Source of the DNA: Candidatus Melainabacteria bacterium 17Bon1m
GTDB taxonomy: Bacteria; Cyanobacteriota; Vampirovibrionia; Obscuribacterales; Obscuribacteraceae
NCBI GenBank assembly: GCA_032128875.1
Contig: JAVLKG010000003.1
Span: 856,974 to 920,973 of the forward strand
Direction of reading: 5' to 3'
DNA: 64,000 nucleotides
This document shows, one piece after another, positions 9,139 to 17,826 of the stretch. The position numbers and the translations under genes are program-made. Within the stretch, counting starts at the first letter, position 1, and the number at the start of each line of letters is the position of its first letter. Under the pieces are notes generated by a model. That model made no database searches. It saw only the letters and a list, made by a program, of their open reading frames with translations, and was not told the origin of the DNA.

Positions 9139-9453
9139 TTAGTTTTTGTCTGCTATGTCCTCTGCTCCGGTGCCGCTATTACCATTCGTTTGCGCTGATG
9201 CGGCAGATGTCTCGTTCGGCACTCCCGCACTCGCGGCGGTTGCTTTCGCTTTGCGAACTTTCTCGAGCGCTTGCCTGGCCATCATCACGTTCAATAAATA
9301 GGCCAGGCCTAGTGCCACCACAATTAGTATCACCATTCTGCCCACGCCGGCGACGAACTGAAAAATCGCGGGCAGCATAATGCCACAAGCGGCCAAAATA
9401 ATCAGGGCGCCCCCAATTTTGACCAGCTTGCTATTGCCTTTCTCTTCGCTCAA
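9139..9453 (-). CDS. Small membrane protein (two hydrophobic segments)
   Basis: TTG start overlaps the upstream TGA; 'IGGALIILAACGIML' and 'VILIVVALGLAYLL'. Confidence 0.65.
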   Translation of the reverse strand: MSEEKGNSKLVKIGGALIILAACGIMLPAIFQFVAGVGRMVILIVVALGLAYLLNVMMARQALEKVRKAKATAASAGVPNETSAASAQTNGNSGTGAEDIADKN

Positions 9454-9890
9454 TATTGCTCTTCCGCTTTCAAATACTGCGCGAACCTATCAATTACTTG
9501 CGGTGCGATTAATTTGGCGCCCGCCCACCAGGCTGCGCCTATGAAGACAGGGACTACAAGCACCCGCACTAATGGTGGTAAGAACCAATAGAAGAAACTG
9601 GACATGACGCAGGCAGCGCCTACTGCGATGGTGATTGAAAAACGTTCTATATAGCGCTCCTGCTCCGAGCGCGACAATTGTTGGAACGTCCTGCCCAGCA
9701 AGTTCAGATAATTTCGCCAGATCTTCTGCAGCCCGCCTTTGGAGTCTTTCCAAGCTTGAGTCTCTTGGATGCTGCGCGGTTTGCTTCCGTCCATAGGACG
9801 GCGCGATGAGGGCCTTTCAGCCGGCGGCCAGTTGTCGTCGCCGCCTCCCTCAAAATTTCCTTGGCCGCCTTTGAACTGTTTGACGCTCAT
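9450..9890 (-). CDS. Small membrane protein (two C-terminal TM helices)
   Basis: GAGGAG RBS; hydrophilic N-terminus, then 'ITIAVGAACVMSSFFYWFL' and 'VLVVPVFIGAAWWAG'. Confidence 0.75.
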   Translation of the reverse strand: MSVKQFKGGQGNFEGGGDDNWPPAERPSSRRPMDGSKPRSIQETQAWKDSKGGLQKIWRNYLNLLGRTFQQLSRSEQERYIERFSITIAVGAACVMSSFFYWFLPPLVRVLVVPVFIGAAWWAGAKLIAPQVIDRFAQYLKAEEQY

Positions 9891-9954
9891 CTGCTACTCC
9901 TCGATTCTCCTGTCATTTAACAGTTTATCTAACACTCTCTTTCCCAAAAGTCAG

Positions 9955-11709
9955 CTATTTTGTCGATTTCCCCTTTTTAGGCTGTTTCTTTAGTTTAGCT
10001 AGATTCGCCTCCACTTCCTTGCGCAAGGGGTTAGCGTCGTCGGCTGCTTCCAGAAAGGCTGTCGCATAATCTATTGCTTTATCGGAATCGTCTCGCTCGG
10101 TCTTGGTGAAAATCGAGAATAGCCCGTAATAGGCGGCTGGGTATTGGGGATCGTGAATAAGCGCTTGATTGTAATGATCGATGGCCACTTCCGGAATCTT
10201 CCAGGTCGCGTCCCCTAGTTTGGTCTGTCGCGCCGCCTCATTGCGCTGGCTTTGAATCTTGCTTATACCTTGCTCGGCGCGGCTGGTCACCTCCGAGATC
10301 TCTTTGGCATATGTATAAGCGGTTTCTGCCGAACGCAAATCTCCGTCGTTCAAAGCAAGTTCACCAATGGTGAGCAAATCGTAGGCATCGTCCCTATGAG
10401 TGTTTATAACTTGCGAGAAAATTTCGCGACCTTCTCTGAATCGCTTTTGAGTAAGCGCTTTCTCTGCCTCATTCAGCTGAATGCTTTCTTGTAGAGTCTT
10501 GGCGCCTGGCTTGATCACCTGCGCTTTGACAGACTGCTCGCTGACAATGTTTTGCAGCTTCTCCATCAGCTCCTGCATGCCAGGCGGATACTGCCCTTCG
10601 CGACGGGCCTTGCGGTGATAAACTCGCGCCAGCCCCAGCAAAGCACGAGGATCGTCGGGTTCGGATGAGAGAATTGTGCGGTACTCTGTTTCCGCAACGT
10701 CTAATTTGTCCTGGCGCAGAGCCAGCTCAGCAAGCGCGTTTCGCAATTGCATATCATTGGGAAGAATTTCCAGCGCGTTGTGCATTTCAGCGATAGCAAA
10801 CTCGCCGTCTCCACGCAATGCATAATATTCGCCCATATGTTGATAAGGATCGGGCAAGTGCGGATCTTGTCGGATAGCTTCTTTCCATGATGCGAGTGCC
10901 GCAGGTCCATCGCCCTGTCTTCTATAAATGTCGCCTTCTACAAGACTCCACTCTGCATTGCGCTCTGCTCTAGGAATATTACGCAACTGCATGAAAGCGT
11001 CTTCGTTCTTGCCTTGCGCAAGGAGCACACGCGCTTTTTCCAGGTGCGCCGGATAAAACTTTTTGTCTTCCGCTAATACTTCAGTGACAAGCTGTTCGGC
11101 ATCTTTGTCTCGAGGATCTAAGCGAAGAAGCGCATGAGCCCAGAGAGTTTTGTTGGCATTGTTGGGATTCATCTCTGCCGATTTTTTGAGCGGCTCGACT
11201 GCTCCTTCGGCATCGTCTTGGGCGAGTTTTACAAGACCTAAAGTTTGATGGGCGATAACTGTTTCCGGATTGGCCTTAATAGCGCGTTTGCAGAGAGCTT
11301 CCGAAGCTTCCAAATAGGCATCGCGTTTTGCCGGCGACGCGACCTGGCGAGAGTGAACATAAGATACGAACCCAGCCGCAGCCATCAAATTGATGTTTTC
11401 CGAATACTTGTCCTTTGCGGAACGAAGCAGCTTTTCCGCTTCGATGATCTTTGGCGGCCAGTTCTGTTTTGCCAAAGCTACAGCCAGACCAGCGTGCGCG
11501 TCGCCCGACTCATCGTTTTTGCAAAGCGCACGATAGGATTCTTCGGCCGCTTCAAACTTGCCCTGCAGAAGAAGCTCATCGGCATCAGCAATTGATTTGT
11601 CTTCAGCAAACGATGGTAGGCACGCCGAAAATGAGAGGCAGAGAGACAATGCCACGAGCCCAGCGGTGAGCGATGTTTTGATAGTTGAGGTTTGCCTTTT
11701 GGGGATCAT
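9955..11709 (-). CDS. Exported multi-TPR protein
   Basis: Signal peptide ending 'PSFA'; many TPR motifs (e.g. 'AHQTLGLVKLAQDDAEGAVEPLKKSAEMNP'). Confidence 0.9.
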   Translation of the reverse strand: MIPKRQTSTIKTSLTAGLVALSLCLSFSACLPSFAEDKSIADADELLLQGKFEAAEESYRALCKNDESGDAHAGLAVALAKQNWPPKIIEAEKLLRSAKDKYSENINLMAAAGFVSYVHSRQVASPAKRDAYLEASEALCKRAIKANPETVIAHQTLGLVKLAQDDAEGAVEPLKKSAEMNPNNANKTLWAHALLRLDPRDKDAEQLVTEVLAEDKKFYPAHLEKARVLLAQGKNEDAFMQLRNIPRAERNAEWSLVEGDIYRRQGDGPAALASWKEAIRQDPHLPDPYQHMGEYYALRGDGEFAIAEMHNALEILPNDMQLRNALAELALRQDKLDVAETEYRTILSSEPDDPRALLGLARVYHRKARREGQYPPGMQELMEKLQNIVSEQSVKAQVIKPGAKTLQESIQLNEAEKALTQKRFREGREIFSQVINTHRDDAYDLLTIGELALNDGDLRSAETAYTYAKEISEVTSRAEQGISKIQSQRNEAARQTKLGDATWKIPEVAIDHYNQALIHDPQYPAAYYGLFSIFTKTERDDSDKAIDYATAFLEAADDANPLRKEVEANLAKLKKQPKKGKSTK

Positions 11710-11724
11710 TGCCGTTTTGCCCGT

Positions 11725-13611
11725 CTACTCTTTTTCCACTTCTCTCAGTTTCTTCATGACCTTTTCAATGTCTTTGGCGTCAGCTCCCATCTTCTGCATG
11801 CATTCCACAAGCTTTTTCAACGGCATCACCAAGTGCGGAGCTACCGTTGTCGCTTCTTTCCAACTGGACGCGGCACCTACCCAGTTACCCGCGGCTTCTT
11901 GTTTCTCGGCTTCTGCTTTGAATGGCTGAATCCGTGAAAGATCGACCTGATTCATCGCATCTTTTGCATCTGGGTCTTTTAAATTGAAAGCCATGCGATA
12001 TGCGACAGAAGCTTCATCAAGATTTCCTTTCTTTTCGTTAGCTCGTCCGAGATAGAACCAAGCTCTAGCGTCTTTAGGGTCTTTCTCAATTAAAGCGTCC
12101 GCTTCCTTTTTAGCCCCATCGCTATCATTTGCGGCCATCTTGCTTTCGATAGGAATCAGCCGTCTGGGGTCCAGAATTTTTTCCAGTGGAGCAGTCGCTA
12201 TCGGTGGAACACTCGCTGCAGCGACAGCGCCACCACCTGCGGGGGCGCCAGGTTTGGCTCCAGCGGCACCCGCTACAGCCCCCGCTCCAGCTATTGCTGG
12301 CGCCGGTCCGCCACCCAGGCGGCTTATGCCTTGAAGCAAATCGGGATGTACATGTGGATTGATTGATGCGGCTGCTTGATACGCTTTAAGCGCAGTCGCT
12401 TTGTCGCCTTGCTGCTCCTTACCCCTGCCGTATATGAAGAGCATTTCCGCATCTTGGTTGTTTTGACGAAGGATGTCTTCGGCTTTTTGCAAAGATGTAG
12501 CCAGCACTGCCGGCGGTGTCGCAGGGTTCATGACCACGGCCAGATGATAAGAACGGCGAGCCTTGGCCAGCTGAGGCGAATTAGGGTTTTTCTTCCAGCA
12601 TTCTTCGAATTCCATTTTTGCGTGTTCGAAGTCGCCTGATAATTGATAGGCACCGGCCAACATCAAATGGTTGTCGAATGAACCATTGATGGAGACAGCT
12701 TCACGAGCGACTTCTTTAAGTCCTTGTATGGCGTCCGAATAGGCCGGATTCAACGTAACTGCACGGCGATATGAAACAGCAGCATTCTGAAGACGCTTCA
12801 AGCCTGTCTGACGGTCACCTCTGTCGCGCGCTACTTTTGCGTATCGCCAAAGGGTGTCGCCCAACATCGTATGGCACTTAGCCTGTTCAATCTTGTCCTT
12901 CCAGGGTTTGTTGATGGCAATCTTCAGTTCTTCAAATGCAGCTACGTCTTGTCCGTCCTTTAGAAGAGAGCGGGCTAAATCGGCGTGGCTTGTGCCATCG
13001 TCAGTCATACGGCAAACTTTTCTGTATTCGACTTGTGCCGTGCGGAAACGTCCTTCTGTTTCGGCAGTTTCTGCTATCTGGTGGCGAACATTCGGGTCAT
13101 CGGCGTTTTTCCCGGATGCACGCAAGCACTCATCAAGGTTTCTGTCCGCCACTGCGTTGGCGGGGTCGGCGAATAGAGCCTTTCTATACTGGACCATTGC
13201 TTCGTAGTATTTTTTCTTCGATGCGAGCATATCGCCATAACGAAGACAGGCACCAGATAAATTGATTTTGAATTGTTCGTTATAAGGATCGCCTTCAAGC
13301 GCAATCTCGTGCTCGCGTATGGCATCAGCCCAGAGATTCTTGCTCCCCAGCTCAACTGCACGGTTGTTGTGCTCGAGCGGGTTTGTCGGGTTCGGCGTTG
13401 ACAGCATCACTCCGCCACCGCCGCCTCCTCCTGACGGAGCCGCACGTCGAGCGCCTTTAGCTAGACATTCGGGTTGGGCCCATATATAGGAAAGCGAAAG
13501 AGACAAACACAGAACGGCCGCAAGTTGCTTCTTGGAGCAGCTCAGGCTCATGGTTTCGCGCGATTGTCTCGGGGATGAATTGAATTTCAATGAACGAATA
13601 TAAAAGGACAT
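11725..13611 (-). CDS. Exported multi-TPR protein with Gly/Ala linker
   Basis: Signal peptide (alternative start 13551); TPRs 'AWFYLGRANEKKGNLDEASVAYRMA', 'YGRGKEQQGDKATALKAYQAAASINP'. Confidence 0.88.
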   Translation of the reverse strand: MSFYIRSLKFNSSPRQSRETMSLSCSKKQLAAVLCLSLSLSYIWAQPECLAKGARRAAPSGGGGGGGVMLSTPNPTNPLEHNNRAVELGSKNLWADAIREHEIALEGDPYNEQFKINLSGACLRYGDMLASKKKYYEAMVQYRKALFADPANAVADRNLDECLRASGKNADDPNVRHQIAETAETEGRFRTAQVEYRKVCRMTDDGTSHADLARSLLKDGQDVAAFEELKIAINKPWKDKIEQAKCHTMLGDTLWRYAKVARDRGDRQTGLKRLQNAAVSYRRAVTLNPAYSDAIQGLKEVAREAVSINGSFDNHLMLAGAYQLSGDFEHAKMEFEECWKKNPNSPQLAKARRSYHLAVVMNPATPPAVLATSLQKAEDILRQNNQDAEMLFIYGRGKEQQGDKATALKAYQAAASINPHVHPDLLQGISRLGGGPAPAIAGAGAVAGAAGAKPGAPAGGGAVAAASVPPIATAPLEKILDPRRLIPIESKMAANDSDGAKKEADALIEKDPKDARAWFYLGRANEKKGNLDEASVAYRMAFNLKDPDAKDAMNQVDLSRIQPFKAEAEKQEAAGNWVGAASSWKEATTVAPHLVMPLKKLVECMQKMGADAKDIEKVMKKLREVEKE

Positions 13612-13860
13612 GTCTTTTGTTGATGCTAAATTCGGAAGTTGATGTTAGTTTGTGCCTACATCCCTTCAGGATGTTTGTTCCTTGCTGGACCTGGCTTTAT
13701 TCAAATTCGGGCTGGTAAGTCGTTACTAAATCCGTCTTTTCTTTGATTTCCCGGTAGCGCTCTTATAAGTGCGCATTATTACCCGGATTTCATTTTAGCG
13801 ATGGTTGTATATTTGGCACAATTTTTTTTGTTGGCAAGAGGCTTTTCCCTGATGCCCGAA

Positions 13861-13884
13861 AAAGTGTTGTCTAGACAACACTTT
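13861..13884. promoter_or_regulatory. Perfect 24-bp palindrome (candidate operator) in the divergent promoter region
   Basis: AAAGTGTTGTCT|AGACAACACTTT is self-reverse-complementary with no spacer. Confidence 0.6.
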
Positions 13885-13908
13885 CCCCCACCAGAGCGAA
13901 GTTTGTTA

Positions 13909-13938
13909 TTGACAATGGTGCCCCAAACAATTAAAAAT
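13909..13938 (+). promoter_or_regulatory. Candidate sigma70-type promoter for the rightward operon
   Basis: TTGACA at 13909-13914, 17-bp spacer, TAAAAA(T) at 13932-13938; the -10 match is imperfect. Confidence 0.4.
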
Positions 13939-14165
13939 TAGTCATTTCGCAGGCATTTTTGCCCAATTTCGCCCCGATTCACTAAAGGGAGATTAATTCG
14001 CTTTTATTCTGTTAGTATGAAACCAAGATCACATATATAGCCTCTAAGTATTTTGGTATCTCTTTTTTGTTATTTGGCGTTTTCTTACTAGGCAAAAGAG
14101 GCATGTGTTCAGAGAGGGCTCGTAGAGCCCGAGATAGATATCTCCCTTGGGAGGGATATTTAGTA

Positions 14166-15041
14166 ATGACAAAGCCTGCGCCACTTTTGGCAGCATTTAT
14201 CGTTTTGGGGCTTACGGTTCCAATGGCATACGCTCAGCTTCCGCAGACGAATATGGGCAAGTACGTCCACAAGCCGGGCGACAACCAGTATGACAAAGCC
14301 GCGCAATCAGAGCGGCATCCACCGCCCCCACCTCCCGTGACTCGATTCGCGACAAGCGGCGGAGGAGGCGGAGGTTACATGTACCGCCCAAAACCAAAAC
14401 CACGTAAGCCAGACCCTTCAATAGAACCAATCGCCTCAGACGAGCCTGTGCCGCCTGCGGGCTTTCCAGTTTTACCGGAAAGATTGGAATTGCCCATCGC
14501 TATGGGTAGCTGGGGAGGAGCTGGAGGCGGCGGTGGTGGCGGCGGCTCCTGGAGCGGCGCCCCTCAAGGCGGCGGTGCCAGCGACGACGGACCGCCCAGA
14601 ATGCTTTCTAAGAAGCAAGGCTACGGGCACTTCGAGCCTGGCGCTTTCATTCCGAAGAATCATAAGTCCGGATACTACAAGTGCAACGAGGTGACTCCTC
14701 CGCACAAGCAAGTCTCCGACCAGATCATGACCGGCAACGGTGGTGGCGGAGCTGTACCTGGTTTGGGTGGACCGCCCAGCCCGGCAGGAGCTCTTAAATC
14801 GTTGGGCAGAGAGCCCAAGTTGAACGATCGCGAAGATGGCGCCACTGCTCCGGATGCTCCGCAGCCGGTGGTGATCAATCAGTCGACGACACAAGACCTT
14901 TCACTTCCTGAGGATGATTTCTCAGGCAGCTCGGCAAAACGTCCGAGCAAGGTTGGCAGAAAAATGAGGCAGGTAGGTCGAAGAGTTGTTTCTCCAATCA
15001 ACTCGGCATCACGCAGATTTACCGGAATAAGTTTGTTCTAG
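14166..15041 (+). CDS. Exported Pro/Gly-rich low-complexity protein
   Basis: GGAGG RBS before ATG 14166; signal peptide 'MTKPAPLLAAFIVLGLTVPMAYA'; poly-P and poly-G tracts; basic C-terminus. Confidence 0.75.
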   Translation: MTKPAPLLAAFIVLGLTVPMAYAQLPQTNMGKYVHKPGDNQYDKAAQSERHPPPPPPVTRFATSGGGGGGYMYRPKPKPRKPDPSIEPIASDEPVPPAGFPVLPERLELPIAMGSWGGAGGGGGGGGSWSGAPQGGGASDDGPPRMLSKKQGYGHFEPGAFIPKNHKSGYYKCNEVTPPHKQVSDQIMTGNGGGGAVPGLGGPPSPAGALKSLGREPKLNDREDGATAPDAPQPVVINQSTTQDLSLPEDDFSGSSAKRPSKVGRKMRQVGRRVVSPINSASRRFTGISLF

Positions 15042-15060
15042 GTTTTTCCAGATACTAATC

Positions 15061-15083
15061 GGCTGCCGGAAGTCCGGACAGCC
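15061..15083 (+). other. Intergenic GC-rich hairpin
   Basis: GGCTG-CCGGA...TCCGG-A-CAGCC between the first two genes of the operon. Confidence 0.35.
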
Positions 15084-15110
15084 AATGGCTCGGGGGAAGG
15101 AGTTCTCAAA

Positions 15111-15797
15111 ATGGCTAAGTTAGTAAAAACAATGAGCTTGATAGTGGCAGCCAGTGCGTCCGTGGCTGTTTGCGCTGCACCATCAATGGCACAGGGTTTC
15201 AAAATCGATCAAAGAAAGCTGGACAAGACCACTTTCTACAGCGCGCCAAGACAAATGCAAATCTTGGACGAACGCCCGATCATCAAAGATTTCCGTGAAG
15301 CACCACAAGCCCAGCAGCAAATTGAGTTGCCACCTGGACCTCAAGGTTATGGTGGTGGCGGCGGCGGTGGCGCCGGCGCATTGCAAGGCGGCGGACCCGG
15401 CGGCGGACCGAATGGCGGTCCATTGCAAATGGGTGGACCAAGCGTGCAACCCAGAACCAGCAACGGCATGATGCCCAATATGGGTAGCTTGCCTAAAACA
15501 GGTTTTGGTCAGACAAATATTCCGGCACGCGGCATGGGACCGAAAGGACCTTTGGCAGATGCAACCAGCACCAACCGTTTGATGGGCAAAATGATGACTC
15601 CGCCCAAATCTCAAGGTGCTTCCGCCGGACCGGCTCGCGGCATGGCGCCGACGAAAGGACCGTCCAACGGTAATTATGCAGGACCGGCTGTTTCGTCCTA
15701 CAGCGGCGGATACGGCAATGGCTCGGGCGCCGGATTCGGCGGCAGCTCGTCCCGCACGGATACATCGGTTAGAGGAAGTCTTTTGAAGAGAAACTAA
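15111..15797 (+). CDS. Exported Gly/Pro/Met-rich protein
   Basis: AAGGAG RBS; signal peptide ending 'APSMA'; short ordered segment 'FYSAPRQMQILDERPIIKDFREAP', then low complexity. Confidence 0.8.
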   Translation: MAKLVKTMSLIVAASASVAVCAAPSMAQGFKIDQRKLDKTTFYSAPRQMQILDERPIIKDFREAPQAQQQIELPPGPQGYGGGGGGGAGALQGGGPGGGPNGGPLQMGGPSVQPRTSNGMMPNMGSLPKTGFGQTNIPARGMGPKGPLADATSTNRLMGKMMTPPKSQGASAGPARGMAPTKGPSNGNYAGPAVSSYSGGYGNGSGAGFGGSSSRTDTSVRGSLLKRN

Positions 15798-15833
15798 TAC
15801 ACTCACAAGCTAGAAAGCGCACACCACCCCCTT

Positions 15834-17822
15834 ATGCAACACACCCAAACAATTTCCAAATTCGCAGCGCTTGCCCTGACGCTGGCTTTGACTGGCTGTG
15901 CCAGACAAGAAGCCGGCAGCGGCGGCGCCTCTGCGCAAGGAATTGAGCAAGTGCAGGGACAAGGGATTTTGAACGCTTTGAGACCGAAAGCGGATCCCTC
16001 GATGGTGGAGCGTATTCGCCAGGAAGACGCAAACAGAATGCAGCAGGCGGCCCTCGCCCAGCAGCAGATGAACCAGCAAATGTCCGAGACTGACGGTTCC
16101 GGAAGGATCCTTCCTAAAGTCTCGATGGAGCCCATTGCTCCCCCGGCTGAAGAAGTTGCCTCAGCCGGTGCGGGCATGAGTGTGTCGGCTGATTCCGGTG
16201 CTTACACACCAAGCACTTCCGGCGCCGTTCCTCAAGCAGCAGGCATGACAGCGACTCCGGCTACTGCCAGCTATGGCAGCTACCAGGCATCGCAAGTGCC
16301 CGCTCCTCCGTCCGGTGCTCTCGGCGGCGGATTGGTTCCGCCACCACCAGCAGTGACGCTATCAACGACGGCGCAGACGACAGTCGCTAGCAACCCTGGT
16401 GCAGATCCGAATAATCCGTACGGAAATCCATATGGCAATCCGTATGCCAATCCATACGGCAACCCTTATGCCAATCCGTATATGAACCCATACGGTATAC
16501 AGTATCCGCAGCAGCAAGCGCAGCCCGCTGGTGACGGCGCCCCTCAAAGACCGGCTTTGTTTGGGTCTGGTAAGCGCACGCCGCGCGAAGAGTCTGAAGA
16601 AGATCCGGGCGCTCGCGAAAAAGCCAAGAAATTCGCCAATTTCGTGCCGATCACGCCGACCGGCATGGAAGCTCGCTCTCCTTACAAACAAAGAGACGAC
16701 TTGAGAGTGCTCTGGAAAGGTGCCATCGGCTCTGGAAGCTTGGGTGCCTGGTCTCAGAAAGACCCTAACATCGCCGCCTCTCTATCTCGTATCGATGTCG
16801 GACTGCCTGGTGAGTCGACCAAAGGTTCTTTCAGCGTCGGACCAAGACAAGTAGATGCAGTGTTCAAGCGGGTTTTCGTTGATAAGAGAATACAGCCTCA
16901 GCTGGTAAAAACTCAAAACGAAATGGTCCAGAGCTACTACCGTTATCTGTATTCATATAACCGATTTGCATTGTCTCAACAGACTGTAGCAGCAAGAAAA
17001 CAGGAAGTTGAAGTTGCCTCGTCGCACGCCGAACAACAAAGAGCGGCAGCCGATCTATCTCAAGCACAAAGTGAAGCAGACTCTTCAAAAGAAGACATGC
17101 GCTCGGCTCAGTTGGAGCTCGCTGCCGTAGCTGGTCCTCAAGCAGCTCGTGCAGTAATTCAAAAAGTGTCAGGTGTTTCGCCCACTATCGAATCGCTGGC
17201 TCAAGCCATGCCGGCACCGGAAGCCGCTCCGCAAGGTGGCGGATTCAATGTGCTTGGTTCGATGGGCAGCCTCTTTGGTTTCAACAAGAAAAAAGCGGAA
17301 GAAGGACAAGCTCCTGAGCCGGTCAAAGCCGCCAAACCAGATGAAGGCAAGAAAGAGAAAAACGCCGGCAAAACCAAAGAGAAAGAAACTAAAACCAAGA
17401 CAGCAAGCAAAGAAACCAAGCCCAAGAAAGGCGGCAAAGCCGAAGTAGCCCAAGGCGACCTCGAGCCTGCACCGTCCAAAGGTGAGTCACCCAGCGCCGC
17501 AGCACAGGCAGAAGCTCCGGCAGCATCGGACGGCATCTCCTTTGAACTCAAAGGCAAAAATATCAGCGCGCGCAAGAGCGTGCTAAATGTTTCTATTCGC
17601 AACTCGTCTGACAATGCTTTCAGCTTCAGCCCCGACGATATCTCCGTCCAGGAGGGCAATCAGAAGCTTTCGGAAGCAGCGATGCGCGCCGAATTCGACT
17701 CCACCAGCATTGCGCCAAATGGGGAAGTCAAAGGCACCATCACGATTTTCGGTAGACCCTGGAATGACAGGTTGACCATATCACTGTCAGACGGACAACG
17801 GAGCATCCATATGAAACGTTGA
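15834..17822 (+). CDS. Large lipoprotein with NPY(G/A) repeats, a helical/coiled-coil core and a C-terminal beta-sandwich domain
   Basis: Lipobox 'LALTGC'; seven NPYx units; long amphipathic helices; C-terminal 'LNVSIRNSSDNAFSFSPDDI...IAPNGEVKGTITI'. Confidence 0.8.
   Translation: MQHTQTISKFAALALTLALTGCARQEAGSGGASAQGIEQVQGQGILNALRPKADPSMVERIRQEDANRMQQAALAQQQMNQQMSETDGSGRILPKVSMEPIAPPAEEVASAGAGMSVSADSGAYTPSTSGAVPQAAGMTATPATASYGSYQASQVPAPPSGALGGGLVPPPPAVTLSTTAQTTVASNPGADPNNPYGNPYGNPYANPYGNPYANPYMNPYGIQYPQQQAQPAGDGAPQRPALFGSGKRTPREESEEDPGAREKAKKFANFVPITPTGMEARSPYKQRDDLRVLWKGAIGSGSLGAWSQKDPNIAASLSRIDVGLPGESTKGSFSVGPRQVDAVFKRVFVDKRIQPQLVKTQNEMVQSYYRYLYSYNRFALSQQTVAARKQEVEVASSHAEQQRAAADLSQAQSEADSSKEDMRSAQLELAAVAGPQAARAVIQKVSGVSPTIESLAQAMPAPEAAPQGGGFNVLGSMGSLFGFNKKKAEEGQAPEPVKAAKPDEGKKEKNAGKTKEKETKTKTASKETKPKKGGKAEVAQGDLEPAPSKGESPSAAAQAEAPAASDGISFELKGKNISARKSVLNVSIRNSSDNAFSFSPDDISVQEGNQKLSEAAMRAEFDSTSIAPNGEVKGTITIFGRPWNDRLTISLSDGQRSIHMKR
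16413..16496 (+). repeat. 12-bp coding tandem repeat x7 (NPYG/NPYA/NPYM)
   Basis: AAYCCNTAY-(GGN/GCC/ATG) units with synonymous divergence. Confidence 0.9.
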
Positions 17823-17826
17823 CCCG

